NCBI GenBank assembly: GCA_964452145.1
Contig: CAYVLA010000008.1
Span: 1-64,000 of the forward strand
Length of the DNA stretch: 64,000 nt
Source of the DNA: Candidatus Hadarchaeota archaeon
GTDB lineage: Archaea > CAYQAE01 > CAYVLA01
Direction: 5' to 3'
Below the pieces are notes generated by a model, which was given only the letters and a program-made list of their open reading frames with translations, ran no database searches and had not been told where the DNA came from. Of this stretch, positions 9,586-19,826 are shown piece by piece (the first letter of the stretch is position 1; each line of letters starts with the position of its first letter). Made by a program: the position numbers and the translations under genes.

Positions 9586-11673
9586 TCAACCATCGATCAA
9601 GCCGTGGTATCTTGCCATCCAGTAGGGCAAAAGGTATATGGTCCCATCCTGCGCGGCAAGGCCGTTGGCCCCTCCGTCTATCCGGAAGAAGCAGCCATCC
9701 GAGTTCTCAATTGTACGCTCATCGGCCGCGATCGGCACGCTGACCAGGCTTGGGTCCTCCGGGTCCCTCTTCAGATCGGCGCGCACGCTGTTCTTGATGG
9801 TCCACTTCACGAGATCCAAGGGCAGCCTGGCCAGGTAGTCCACGGCTGCCTCCGCATCGCATGGCTTTCCCGTCACCGCGCCGTAGATGAAGTTCCAGAA
9901 GGGGTAGCGCATCAGCCTCAGATCACTCCATGTCCTCTCCAGGCCCAGCAGCAGGATCTGCCTGATCACCGGGTCCTCTTCGTAGAGCAGTAGGGGATAG
10001 TAAGAAAGCATGGCGAGTTGATCGTCGTGCCATGTGTGTTGCCCGAGGATCGTGATCCTCTGCTTGACCGAGTTCAGAGCGTAGTGATCCTCCTTGATCA
10101 GCTTCTCGTATTCTGCCCGGTACCGCTCGTTGCCGGTGATGTGGTGGGCGGCCTTCAGATGGGACAGGATCTCTAAAGAATTCAAGCCACGCTGCATCCT
10201 CCAGCGATCATCGTGGTTGAGAAGTTCGGGGGCCCATACCCCCCAGGTTGTCGCCTTGCCATCGCAGTCCAGCAGGAACAATCCGTTATCCAGGATGTGA
10301 TCGGCGATCCTACCCACCGTCGCCCTTATCCGATCCCTTTCCCCCTCATCCGCCGCAAGATCATAGCAGATGGAAAGGGCAAAGAAATGGGCATCGATCT
10401 CATCCGAGCTCGTGTCACCCTTCCACTCCGTCTCACCGTCGGGGGTTTTGTGCCACTCCGGATGCCCGTTGTCGAAGCCGTGCTCGCCCCTGACTCTGAT
10501 GGCCCTGGCCGGAAATCCCGGAATGCCCGTCACCCTCTCCATATACAGCAATGCGTCAAGGGACTCCGAGATTAGGGGCTTGATGGCCTGATCCTTGGTG
10601 ACTGCGTATCGGAAGCACTGGGCCGCAAGGTAGAGTCCCGTCCATGTGCCGTCGTTGTCCGATATCTCCACCATCCCGGACTCCAGATTCCCCGGCTCCT
10701 TAAGCCACCTTTGCGTCACGTATCCGCGCCTCTTGTGATGTCTCTCCACAAGTCCCGAGTAGTGATCCGCCTTCTCCAAGAGGCTCATGTCCCTGAACCC
10801 GATGTGAGAGATCCCTTCCGGCGTCGCGACCCAGACGTCGCCGTCTGGTCCGGGCAGGATGTCCTGAACGATATCGCTGGGGAGGTAGCGCTTGGAGGCA
10901 TAGTAGTTCCACCTCCCTTCGCGAAGCCTGAGAAGTCCGTACGGAGTACCGAACCAGATCGTGCCCCCGTTGCCCGTCCTTGCCCGCGTGAGATCCTCTA
11001 TGGGCAGGCCATCGGCACCGGTCAGACTGCACCATCCGTCAGGTGGCATATAGATGGAGATGCCCCGGTCGGTGGCGGCCCATACGTGGCCCCATTCATC
11101 CTCGCACAGGCTCCTCACATCGTTGCCGATCAGCCCTTCCTGGCGAGCCTGTATTATGTACCAGTACAGACGCTTTCCCTGCAGGAAGAAGAGGCCATCC
11201 CGGCTCGAGGCCACCCCTCTTCCTTTCCTCTGCCAGATGAAGTCGGTGAAGCGAACCCCGTCGTCATTGTCCTTTCTATGATGCCAAGTACGGTCCTCGA
11301 AGCTCCACAGCCCGTCCTCCCCCAATGCCCAGAGCACGTTCCTCTGATCCTCGGCTGCACCAACCAGTGCCTTCGGCCCGTCCTGGCGCGACCATCTCCC
11401 GTCGGAGAGAACCATGGTCTCCCCATCGCACCGCGCGACCACCGTGCCCTGACCGGTTCCGAAAAGTCCCTCCACCCTTCCCTTAGGCCATCCCCTGCTC
11501 GATGCAACCTGCCACCTTCCCCTTCTGAACCTGGCAATGCCGGCAGAGGTTCCTGCCCAGATCCCATCCCTGCGTCGTAGGAGAGCATGTACGTCCTTCG
11601 AAGGCAGGCCGCTTAGATCATCGTAGAAGACCCTGAAGGGCTGAGGATATCTCCTTGCCGATCCGCGCGCCAT
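9586..11673 (-). CDS. Hypothetical protein: N-terminal regulator-propeller-like beta-repeats plus C-terminal helical domain
   Basis: Repeated D..G.VW.AT..GIS blades; SDNDGTWTGLY and WKGDTSSDE in the C-terminal half. Confidence 0.7.
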   Translation of the reverse strand: MARGSARRYPQPFRVFYDDLSGLPSKDVHALLRRRDGIWAGTSAGIARFRRGRWQVASSRGWPKGRVEGLFGTGQGTVVARCDGETMVLSDGRWSRQDGPKALVGAAEDQRNVLWALGEDGLWSFEDRTWHHRKDNDDGVRFTDFIWQRKGRGVASSRDGLFFLQGKRLYWYIIQARQEGLIGNDVRSLCEDEWGHVWAATDRGISIYMPPDGWCSLTGADGLPIEDLTRARTGNGGTIWFGTPYGLLRLREGRWNYYASKRYLPSDIVQDILPGPDGDVWVATPEGISHIGFRDMSLLEKADHYSGLVERHHKRRGYVTQRWLKEPGNLESGMVEISDNDGTWTGLYLAAQCFRYAVTKDQAIKPLISESLDALLYMERVTGIPGFPARAIRVRGEHGFDNGHPEWHKTPDGETEWKGDTSSDEIDAHFFALSICYDLAADEGERDRIRATVGRIADHILDNGLFLLDCDGKATTWGVWAPELLNHDDRWRMQRGLNSLEILSHLKAAHHITGNERYRAEYEKLIKEDHYALNSVKQRITILGQHTWHDDQLAMLSYYPLLLYEEDPVIRQILLLGLERTWSDLRLMRYPFWNFIYGAVTGKPCDAEAAVDYLARLPLDLVKWTIKNSVRADLKRDPEDPSLVSVPIAADERTIENSDGCFFRIDGGANGLAAQDGTIYLLPYWMARYHGLIDG

Positions 11674-11736
11674 GCAGCGAACGAGATCTGCTTCGTCTAT
11701 TAATCTTCCGGTGCGGGCGAGGCGATCCGAAACGAT

Positions 11737-11958
11737 CTAGAGCTTGCGCACGCTGGGCAGAACGGCCAGTCGTAGGTAGAGTACGAACAAGCCGCCTAAT
11801 ACTATGGCGATCCCCCAGACGACAAGCGTCCAGTGCTCGATCGGATCGGGAAATGACAGGAAGATGGTCACCGCTCCGACTAGAACCCAGAGGAAACCGA
11901 CCAGCACCGGGAGCGACCTCTGCGGGCCCGTCCAGGGCTCCAGCTCCTCCTTCGTCAC
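11737..11958 (-). CDS. Small 2-TM membrane protein at the end of the ehb operon
   Basis: GTGA overlap with the ehbP stop; two hydrophobic segments. Confidence 0.6.
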   Translation of the reverse strand: MTKEELEPWTGPQRSLPVLVGFLWVLVGAVTIFLSFPDPIEHWTLVVWGIAIVLGGLFVLYLRLAVLPSVRKL

Positions 11959-12230
11959 GCCTTCCCCTCCTTGGACGAAAGGGCCTCCACGGCCTTCTTG
12001 ACTTTCTCTATTGCGTCAACGAGGTCCTCCCCCTCCTTGACGGTCCGAACAATCAATCCGAGTTCACGGATGGAGCCGACCATCTCCTCGGAGTAGATCG
12101 GGACGTCGATCTTCACGATCTCCTTGGAAGGATTGCCGACGACGATATCCCGGTAAGGCAGCTTTGCGACGATCTCGCATATGTATCCTCCCAGGTTTAT
12201 GACCTTGCCAGGTTCGAATATGAACTTCAC
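11955..12230 (-). CDS. ehbP: Energy-converting hydrogenase B subunit P
   Basis: NLGGYI.E...PYRDIVVGNP..E.VKIDVPIY; position after the NuoH-like subunit. Confidence 0.8.
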   Translation of the reverse strand: MKFIFEPGKVINLGGYICEIVAKLPYRDIVVGNPSKEIVKIDVPIYSEEMVGSIRELGLIVRTVKEGEDLVDAIEKVKKAVEALSSKEGKA

Positions 12231-12235
12231 GGCAA

Positions 12236-13246
12236 TCAGACTCCGATCGTTATTACGAAGGTGAAGAACCCGATCAGGGTGGCCACGGTCGACAGGGGCA
12301 CCAGCTGCCTGAAGGTCAGGATCGGGCTGAACCCGCTTAGAACCGACATGGCCACGGGCAGGATCAGGACAAGGATCAGATGGAGGAGCAGGGTCGCGCC
12401 GTCGAAGGGATCAAGCGGTACACCCAAGAATAGGGTCACGAAGATGCTTGAGACAGCGAACATCGTCAACGCCCGCATGGCATAGTAAGCCGCCCTCCAG
12501 CTGCTCGCCAGCTCCAGCATGGGTCCCTCCACCAAGTCGGCCTTGGCCTTTCCGATCGAGAAGGGGTACTCGTTGAGGATGGCCATGTATCCCAGCAGAT
12601 AGACGAAGGCGCCTATGGCACCGGGAACCGTGAAGATGAAGGACTGCCATCCGGCCTGCCTGTTGATTATGTCCACGATGCTGATGGACCGGGTCCAGGC
12701 AACCGGGATGAACATCGCGACGTACAGCGGCAGGGAAGCCAACATCACCATCTTCCACATCCTCACCGAGCCCCAGTTCTCAAGGGTCGATTGGGTTGCC
12801 TGGGGCCACTTCGATCCCTTGGCGTGGTCGGGATAAGGCAGCCTGACGCTGAGTATGTTGGAGGAAAGGTATCCCATGATGATGTAGACGAGCTCCTCCA
12901 CCTTCAGCAGCCCCACTATGGCCACAAGGCTCCCCAGCCCCAGAATGCCTGCCCACTGTGGAGTCGTGAACATCACGATGAGATACATGGCGAGAACGCC
13001 CACGACTGGGCTCCACTTGTAGAGACCCGGCATGGGCGAGCTGATCACCGGCTTATGCTTGAAGACGAATTTAAGGAGGCTGAAGAACCCGGGCGTCAGT
13101 ATCCCGGGCCCGATTCTCTGCTGTATCCTGGCATGTATCTTCCTCTCCAGGCCGGGCAGCACGGTGGAGTAGGCTATCGCCACCATGGGGATCCCGAAGG
13201 ATGCGATCAGTATGGCGGCAACCCTCTCTGGGTCGATTTCGATCAC
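12236..13246 (-). CDS. ehbO: Ehb subunit O (NuoH/complex I subunit 1-like)
   Basis: GLERKIHARIQQRIGP, PFSI..KADLVEGP; GTG start overlaps the ehbN TGA. Confidence 0.85.
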   Translation of the reverse strand: MIEIDPERVAAILIASFGIPMVAIAYSTVLPGLERKIHARIQQRIGPGILTPGFFSLLKFVFKHKPVISSPMPGLYKWSPVVGVLAMYLIVMFTTPQWAGILGLGSLVAIVGLLKVEELVYIIMGYLSSNILSVRLPYPDHAKGSKWPQATQSTLENWGSVRMWKMVMLASLPLYVAMFIPVAWTRSISIVDIINRQAGWQSFIFTVPGAIGAFVYLLGYMAILNEYPFSIGKAKADLVEGPMLELASSWRAAYYAMRALTMFAVSSIFVTLFLGVPLDPFDGATLLLHLILVLILPVAMSVLSGFSPILTFRQLVPLSTVATLIGFFTFVITIGV

Positions 13247-14457
13247 GGCCGACGCCTCCTGAGGTCGTCGAGGCCCATCTCCCTCTGCCTCCCTTTCTCG
13301 TCTACGACGATGAACCTGTTGCAGCATGTCAGACACGGATCACAGCTGGCCAGCGTCACGACGGCATCCGTCAGCTGGTCGCCGATGCAAGCCATCTCCA
13401 TGGTGGCCAGGCTCGTCACGGTGGGCGTCCGCACGATGTAGTGCTCGATTCTGCCCTTCTCGTCCAGGGCGTAGGAGTGGTAGAGCTCGCCCCTCGGCAC
13501 CTCTATGTAGGAGTGCTGCATCTTCATGGGTCCGATCTCCCAGTCCCGGTTCAACACGTCGGCATGGCCCGAGGCCTTTTCGACAGCCTGTCTAACTATA
13601 TTGGCGGAAACAAAACACTCCAACGCCCTGGCCGCGACGCGAGCAAGGTTATCCCCATCATCCAGAACGACCATATCCCAGTCGAAGGCTTTGTACTCCT
13701 TCATCTGGGTCCTGAGATCGTACTCGACTCCTGATGCCCGGGCAGTTGGGCCCACGGCGTGGTACTTCTCGGCCATCCTCTTGTCGCAGACGCCGACGCC
13801 CTTGAGCCTTGATGTGACCATTACATCGGACAGGAATCTGTCAACGAATCTTCTCAGGTCAGTTTCCAGCTTGTCCATGACGGATAGTATCTTGTCCGCC
13901 TTCCACTGGGCTATCTGGGTCCGCGGCCGCACCCCGCCCAGAACCGGAATGGAGTAATGGACGCGGTTGCCCGAGATGATGTAGAGAATTTCCATCACGG
14001 GTTCACGCAACAGGAAGCTACGATAGGCGAACGTCTCGTGTCCAAGCACCTCACAGGCATGGGCGATGAAGATCAGGTGGCTGTGCAGCCTCTCCAGCTC
14101 CTCGCCGAGAACCCTTATGGCATGCGCAGCTTCCGGGACATCTATGCCCAGCCCTGAGTCTGCGGTCCTCACCGAGTTCCACAGGTGTCCGTGACTGCAG
14201 ATTCCGCATATCCTCTCGGTTATGATCTGCGCCTTCTCCACCGGCATGCCTTCCAGTATCCTCTCAATTCCTCGATGCGCCGGGTCGACCTCTATCTCGC
14301 AGTCCTTGACGATCTCGTCCTCCACGAAGTACCTCGTCCTGTATGGCTCCAGAAGGGCGGAATGATTGAACCCAACCGGTATCTCGCACTCGAAGGCCGT
14401 CTCACGGGCCTTGCCCTTTCCCATGAAATCCGAGTAGTCGCTCAGATCGCCTGACAT
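13243..14457 (-). CDS. ehbN: Ehb large (catalytic) [NiFe] subunit
   Basis: HRGIE, ERICGICS (L1), ELERLHSH, EVPRGE, DPCLTC.NR (L2) with a C-terminal extension. Confidence 0.92.
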   Translation of the reverse strand: MSGDLSDYSDFMGKGKARETAFECEIPVGFNHSALLEPYRTRYFVEDEIVKDCEIEVDPAHRGIERILEGMPVEKAQIITERICGICSHGHLWNSVRTADSGLGIDVPEAAHAIRVLGEELERLHSHLIFIAHACEVLGHETFAYRSFLLREPVMEILYIISGNRVHYSIPVLGGVRPRTQIAQWKADKILSVMDKLETDLRRFVDRFLSDVMVTSRLKGVGVCDKRMAEKYHAVGPTARASGVEYDLRTQMKEYKAFDWDMVVLDDGDNLARVAARALECFVSANIVRQAVEKASGHADVLNRDWEIGPMKMQHSYIEVPRGELYHSYALDEKGRIEHYIVRTPTVTSLATMEMACIGDQLTDAVVTLASCDPCLTCCNRFIVVDEKGRQREMGLDDLRRRRP

Positions 14458-14903
14458 CAGTCGGACCTCTCAGACAGTATTTTGACGGCGACCGCGGCGG
14501 CCGAAATGATGTCCTCCGGTCTGGGGGGACATCCAGGCACCTTGGCATCGACCGGGATGATGTTCTCGACGGGGCCCACTATCTCCCAGCTCGACCCCAG
14601 ATCGCCTCCGAGGTTCTTGTACACATTGCCGTTGATCGCGCAGGCCCCCACCGCAGCCACAACCTTCGGCTCAGGAATGGCATCGTAGATCGCCTTCAGG
14701 GCCGGCGCGATCTTCCGGGTAACGGGCCCGGTGACCAGCAGGATGTCGGCCTCCCTGGGATTCCACGTGAGCATCACGTTGTACTGCTCGATGTCGTGTA
14801 TGGGAGAGAAGACTGAGGCAACTATCTCTATGTCGCAACCGTTGCAGCCACCCGTGTAGACGACCATCACGTGAATGGCCCGCTTCCGTGCCAGGGCTTT
14901 CAC
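14457..14903 (-). CDS. ehbM: Ehb small subunit (NuoB-like)
   Basis: [33 protein letters not shown]. Confidence 0.92.
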   Translation of the reverse strand: MKALARKRAIHVMVVYTGGCNGCDIEIVASVFSPIHDIEQYNVMLTWNPREADILLVTGPVTRKIAPALKAIYDAIPEPKVVAAVGACAINGNVYKNLGGDLGSSWEIVGPVENIIPVDAKVPGCPPRPEDIISAAAVAVKILSERSD

Positions 14904-15415
14904 GGCCTTTCCCTCCGCAGGAGTTCGCTTGCCTCATCTGCCAACAGCTTCTGGATTTCCACGATCTTCTGTTCGGGGATCTTGATGGGCCTCTTCAGAA
15001 GCTGGGTCGGGTCCTTGGTCATGACATCGAGATCCCTTGGGTTGGCCACCTCTCGGGGATGAATGGTTGCCGGAAGGCCAAAAAGGGCGGTGACCGGGCA
15101 GTTGTCATGACACTGGAAGCAGTATATGCACTTCATGGAATCTATCTCAGGCACGCTTCTCTTGACGTAACCCGGCACTATCTCCACGGGCTTCTCAACA
15201 GGCACCATGGTTATGCACTTGGTCGGACAGATGTTGGCGCAGGCCCCACACCCCAGGCAACCAAGCCAGTTCTCCGTGATCGGAGGCTTCACCGAGCCGG
15301 TCAGGATCTTCTTCCTGAGATCCATGCTCGTGACCCGGTCTGCCCTGAACATAACTCTGGCCATGTTGGTGTATATGCCTCCCGCAATCACCCTAAGGAA
15401 GACTCCAAAGCTCAT
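14900..15415 (-). CDS. ehbL: Ehb 2x[4Fe-4S] subunit L
   Basis: [12 protein letters not shown] and [12 protein letters not shown]. Confidence 0.85.
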   Translation of the reverse strand: MSFGVFLRVIAGGIYTNMARVMFRADRVTSMDLRKKILTGSVKPPITENWLGCLGCGACANICPTKCITMVPVEKPVEIVPGYVKRSVPEIDSMKCIYCFQCHDNCPVTALFGLPATIHPREVANPRDLDVMTKDPTQLLKRPIKIPEQKIVEIQKLLADEASELLRRERP

Positions 15416-15421
15416 CCTGCT

Positions 15422-16795
15422 TCACCTCTCCCCGAGCTCCACGCCGTTGTCGAATCTTCTCCAGACCTTGATCGCGTTCACAGGGCATATCTGGGCGCAG
15501 GCGCCACAGTGAACGCACTTCTCTGGATCGACGTTGATATTCTCGTCGATTGCGTCGTGAGGACAGGTCTTGACGCAGAGCATACACTTCACGCACAGGT
15601 TCTTGTCCACCTGCGTCAAGCCCTCGACGACCTTCTTCTTCGACAGCGATGTGAGAATCGGTATTGCATCGTACGGGCAGTAGGAAGCACAGGTCTCGCA
15701 CATTATGCACTTGTCCATGTCCACCTCGACGCTTCTCCCTGGCATCAGCGTTATGGCCTCGGTGGGGCAGACCAGAGAGCAGGTCCCGCACCTGGTGCAG
15801 GCCTCCGTGACCCCGCCATCCCAGTTCACTCTCGCAAAGGATATCGCCTGAACCGGGCATTCCTTGATGCATCTGCCGCAGAGGATGCAGGTTCCCTTGA
15901 ATATTCCATCCTTCTCGACTCTCACCTGCATCGGGCAGACCTCGACGCATTTGCCGCATCTAATGCACAGGCTAGGGTCGTTGAGGTATTTGCCTCGGTC
16001 TTCGTATATGGCCTTGGTCGGACAGTTCAGTTCACAGATTCCACAGTTGGCGCACCATGTGATCGTGCCCTTGATCTCTCCCTGGGGCGGCCTAATCTTC
16101 ACTTCCCCTCTGTCAACGTAGATGGCCTTCTGGGGGCATTCGGGCACGCACTTGAGGCACCGCGTACACCTCTTCAGCATCTGGTAATTGTCAAGATCCA
16201 CGGCATTGAAGGGGCAGACCTCGACGCATCTCCCGCACCGCGTACAGCCCTCCGTCTCGACGTGCAATCTTATTGCAGTTGCCGGACAGACGACCTCACA
16301 CCTTCGACATCTGATGCACTTGTCCCGATCGATCTTGATGCTGCGCTTGGAGAGCTCTTTTCTGGGAGGCTTCTCCTTCTCCAGATCCTTCTTTATCTCC
16401 TCCGCCGTCTTCTCTATGTACGCCAGGTCGAGGAGCTTGTCGATGAGTTCCTCCTTCCTGTATTTGAGGAAGGCTCCGCCATCGAGCCTAGCATTCACTG
16501 GGCATACATCCACACATTTACCGCATCTGGTACAGATCCCAACGGGGAAGGGCTCCATGCGGATGATGCTCATGGGGCATACCGCCTTGCACAGACCACA
16601 CTGTGTGCACTTCGCCTTGTCCAAGACGTAGCCCCCGTACTTGTTCATGGTTATGGCCTTGGTAGGGCATATGTCAGCGCACATCCCGCACGTGATGCAG
16701 CTGACAACCCGGCCCCCCATCTCCATGATGGCCTTGGTAGGGCACTCCCTTATGCAGTCGCCGCACTTGTTGCAGTCGGAGGTGGTGACGAACAC
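15422..16795 (-). CDS. ehbK: Ehb polyferredoxin, 14 CxxCxxCxxxCP motifs
   Basis: 14 ferredoxin motifs counted in the translation. Confidence 0.9.
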   Translation of the reverse strand: MFVTTSDCNKCGDCIRECPTKAIMEMGGRVVSCITCGMCADICPTKAITMNKYGGYVLDKAKCTQCGLCKAVCPMSIIRMEPFPVGICTRCGKCVDVCPVNARLDGGAFLKYRKEELIDKLLDLAYIEKTAEEIKKDLEKEKPPRKELSKRSIKIDRDKCIRCRRCEVVCPATAIRLHVETEGCTRCGRCVEVCPFNAVDLDNYQMLKRCTRCLKCVPECPQKAIYVDRGEVKIRPPQGEIKGTITWCANCGICELNCPTKAIYEDRGKYLNDPSLCIRCGKCVEVCPMQVRVEKDGIFKGTCILCGRCIKECPVQAISFARVNWDGGVTEACTRCGTCSLVCPTEAITLMPGRSVEVDMDKCIMCETCASYCPYDAIPILTSLSKKKVVEGLTQVDKNLCVKCMLCVKTCPHDAIDENINVDPEKCVHCGACAQICPVNAIKVWRRFDNGVELGER

Positions 16796-17103
16796 TACGC
16801 CTTCCCCCCTTCGGTATCGCCCGCCCTGCGACCAACCAGCTCCCTTCCCAGGATGAGGCCGATTATGCCGAAGAGAAACGCGCCGGAGAGCCCAGGCCAG
16901 TAGGCCGCCCTCTCAAGGACGGTGCCTCCGATCCTGTAGTAGTAGAAGTCGTATGATCCGTAGAGGAAGATGGCTCCGAGAAGGCCGAACACGTACCCCA
17001 CGCGCACCCTGCCCTCGCCGGTTGTCGACCTGAGCCTGGATCCCAGGAGGAAGCCGAAGAAAACCGCGAATATGATCTCGCCGAAGGGCAGGGCAAGGTT
17101 CAT
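16795..17103 (-). CDS. ehbJ: Ehb small membrane subunit J
   Basis: 3-TM protein with a YDFYYY segment; position upstream of the polyferredoxin. Confidence 0.65.
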   Translation of the reverse strand: MNLALPFGEIIFAVFFGFLLGSRLRSTTGEGRVRVGYVFGLLGAIFLYGSYDFYYYRIGGTVLERAAYWPGLSGAFLFGIIGLILGRELVGRRAGDTEGGKA

Positions 17104-17951
17104 CTCTTCTTCGCCTCCGTTAGGACGAGGACCAGAGTCGACAGGCCGCCCAGAACCTTGAGGAAAACCGCGATGTTCAGGAAGGGCAGGATGCCTGGAC
17201 CATAGTAGGGCCTGTCGGGGGCATCGGGGTAGTTGAAATCGGCCGCGACTCCGGTCTGGCTCGGAGCATAGTGGGAATCGACTATGTTGTCCGCGATCTG
17301 CTCTTCGTACCCCAGGTTTGAGCCGGTGTTATAGAGGTAGTATCCCGTGGTGACTAGGCCAAGTAGGCCCAGAAGGATGAACAAAAGGGCGCCCATCGTC
17401 TCGAAGGACGATAGTGCCGAATGCCTCATGCCGATGGGGTTCCTCTTCAGCCCGTAGCCCATTACGCCCAGGAGGTACCCGGTCGCGACTATGGAGCCTC
17501 CCTGGAATCCGCCTCCCGGAGTGATGTGCCCGCCTAGGGTGATCACGATCCCGTAAGCTATGATGGCTATGATGACCGGGTATCCGAAGAGCCCGATTAT
17601 GAGGGAGTCGTGACTCCTCTCCAAGCCTCCGGCGAACTCCTCCAGAACCTCCTCTCCCTTGGACAGGGCCCCTCTGCCGAAAAGCATGGCGGTGACTATG
17701 ACCCCGGTCACCAAGACCAGGGCTTCGCCGAGGGTGTCAAGGCCCCTCCAATCGAATAGAACCACCGTTATCTGGTTGGGAGCTATGAAAGCGCCGAGGA
17801 AGTTGTACATCCTCGCCACGTACATGCCGAGGCCAGTCGTACTGGCGACCTCTGCGAGCCTCAGGCCTTCCCGGAACAGGAGTCCGCCGAATCCCGCCAC
17901 CAATATGAATATGAGCAATGATCTTCCGCCGCTGGGCTTCATCCTGACCAC
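17100..17951 (-). CDS. ehbI: Ehb MnhB-like subunit, apparent EhbH-EhbI fusion
   Basis: FDWRGLDTLGE segment followed by GGHITPGGGFQGG MnhB domain. Confidence 0.75.
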   Translation of the reverse strand: MVRMKPSGGRSLLIFILVAGFGGLLFREGLRLAEVASTTGLGMYVARMYNFLGAFIAPNQITVVLFDWRGLDTLGEALVLVTGVIVTAMLFGRGALSKGEEVLEEFAGGLERSHDSLIIGLFGYPVIIAIIAYGIVITLGGHITPGGGFQGGSIVATGYLLGVMGYGLKRNPIGMRHSALSSFETMGALLFILLGLLGLVTTGYYLYNTGSNLGYEEQIADNIVDSHYAPSQTGVAADFNYPDAPDRPYYGPGILPFLNIAVFLKVLGGLSTLVLVLTEAKKR

Positions 17952-18277
17952 GACCAGACAATCAGAATCGTGATGGCGAACAGCACGACCATCACGTAGA
18001 ACGCCATGGAATCGAAATCGTCAGACATCTCGAACCTCATGCGTGCCCCCGCCGGGAGGTTATTGATGACCAACAGAGCAAGGATCGCCATGCCGAGAAG
18101 ACCGAGGGCCAGGCCTAGGTTGAAGATGGAGAAGAGGCTGATGATCAGGAGTATGGCCGGGATCTCAATGCCCAAGAAGGACCCGACCACATAGCTCTTC
18201 TCCTTCGTTTCGGAGCTTTCCCTCGAATCCAGCGATGATCTGAAGATGTAGTCGAAAATCTCATCAATCTTTGACAT
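17939..18277 (-). CDS. ehbG: Ehb membrane subunit G (putative)
   Basis: Small hydrophobic protein between the MnhD-like and MnhB-like genes. Confidence 0.6.
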   Translation of the reverse strand: MSKIDEIFDYIFRSSLDSRESSETKEKSYVVGSFLGIEIPAILLIISLFSIFNLGLALGLLGMAILALLVINNLPAGARMRFEMSDDFDSMAFYVMVVLFAITILIVWSWSG

Positions 18278-18281
18278 TTCG

Positions 18282-19826
18282 CTAGCCTCCGAAAAGGACT
18301 CCGAGTCCTGACATGATTGGGTCTATGGCGAGGTTGGGAAGGAGGCCGAAGAACACCTCAATCACCAAGGCCACCAGCAGGACCAGCATCATGGCGAACG
18401 GGACCTCCAGGGGCTTTGGCTCCTCGCCCACAGGAAGAGGGCGAAGGAAGACCAGAACGAAGGCCTTCGCCAGGGCGTAGAAGACCATGACGGTCGATAC
18501 GACCATCAGCAGCCCCACGGTCATGAACCCATGAGCGAACGCGAACTGGATCAGCCGCCACTCGCTTTGGAAGCAGTTGAACGGCGGCACCCCGGCAACG
18601 GCCAGCATGGATATGAGGGTCAGTAAGGCGAATTCCCTACTGCGCCCGAGAAGCCCCCTGATCCTGGTCATGTCCGTGTGTCCGTAGGCATGGAGGATCA
18701 CGCCTGCGCTGATGAAGAGGGCGGATGTGACGACGATCTCGTTGAAGCCGTGGAAGATACCATAGGCCATCCCCTCATGGCCCCAAGCATACACCCCCGT
18801 CGAATAGTTGGGAAGCCGCCTGAAGAAGGACAGGCCGATCCCGACTATGCCGGCCTGGTTCACGGCCACATAGGCAAGGAGCCGCCTGAAGTCATTCTGG
18901 ACCATGGCCATGGCGCCCCCAACGACCATGGCGAACGTAGCAAGGATCAGCATTGCCTGCCATGTGGCGGGCTGCCAGAAGAAGAGCCGCGCGATGATGA
19001 TGCCAACCGAGATTAGAAGTATCTTGGATATGGCCTGGAGAATCGCGCCCGCCTCCGCCGAGGCCCGGGAGTACAGCTCCGACTTGATCGTGTGAAACGG
19101 CGGCAACCCGCCCCCGTATGTCCATGCGAAGACCAGCAGCGCCAATCCCATGAAGACCATGGGGGCATCTCGCTGGGTCGCCATGGTCGAGAAGTATAGG
19201 AACATGTCCGATACGTTGAGAACACCGGTTGCGGAGAGCAGGAAGGCTATGCCAAGCAGCAGCATGCCTCCGGCGACGGAACCGAGAAGCATGTACTTCA
19301 GCGCCGTTCTGAAGGCACCCTGCTCGTGCAAGCTCGCGACGATGCCCGCCTGCGCCACCGTGCAGATCTCAAAGAAGACGAACAGGTTGAAGATGTCGTC
19401 CACCAGGCACACAGCGCAGGCGGTCGATATGGCCATCAAGAGCAGGAATAGATAGACGCCGGATATCCTCTCGTGCATCACCATCGCGACGCCCACGCTT
19501 AATGCAGCCATGACCGCGAAGGCCAGAAGCAGGACCATCTGAACCTGGGTGTAGTGATAGGCAATTCCCAGGTTGAACGCCATCGGCAGGTATCCTCCCA
19601 GGAAATACTCGACCTTCGGGTGGGCGCCGAAGACGTAGTAGGTGCTCTCAAGCGCCGTGAAGAAGGGTAGCGACACCAGAGCGACCATGCCGAGGGCAGC
19701 CAAGACCTTGACAGTCCTAGTCCTCCTGTAGAGGAAGTTGGAAAGCACGGCGGCCAGGATGGGGATGACGACGAAGAGAGGAACGGTCTCCTTGAGGGAA
19801 AACAGTGGGCTAGCCACTCGTACCAA
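18282..19826 (-). CDS. ehbF: Ehb ion-translocating subunit F (MnhD/NuoN-like)
   Basis: DIFNLFVFFEI, ALKY, GLPPFH, RRLLAY, GVPPFN..SEW. Confidence 0.88.
   Translation of the reverse strand: MVRVASPLFSLKETVPLFVVIPILAAVLSNFLYRRTRTVKVLAALGMVALVSLPFFTALESTYYVFGAHPKVEYFLGGYLPMAFNLGIAYHYTQVQMVLLLAFAVMAALSVGVAMVMHERISGVYLFLLLMAISTACAVCLVDDIFNLFVFFEICTVAQAGIVASLHEQGAFRTALKYMLLGSVAGGMLLLGIAFLLSATGVLNVSDMFLYFSTMATQRDAPMVFMGLALLVFAWTYGGGLPPFHTIKSELYSRASAEAGAILQAISKILLISVGIIIARLFFWQPATWQAMLILATFAMVVGGAMAMVQNDFRRLLAYVAVNQAGIVGIGLSFFRRLPNYSTGVYAWGHEGMAYGIFHGFNEIVVTSALFISAGVILHAYGHTDMTRIRGLLGRSREFALLTLISMLAVAGVPPFNCFQSEWRLIQFAFAHGFMTVGLLMVVSTVMVFYALAKAFVLVFLRPLPVGEEPKPLEVPFAMMLVLLVALVIEVFFGLLPNLAIDPIMSGLGVLFGG

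Noticed and set aside
13247..13336. 94-nt ehbN/ehbO overlap implied by the ORF track
   Set aside because: A GTG at 13246 overlapping the ehbN stop gives a normal coupled start
15422..16795. Periodic GCA..GCA..GGGCA DNA repeats
   Set aside because: Explained by the 14 ferredoxin CxxCxxCxxxCP motifs; not CRISPR or a DNA repeat element
14888..16903. 671-aa + strand ORF
   Set aside because: Antisense shadow of ehbK/ehbL; no motifs, and expected in high-GC coding DNA
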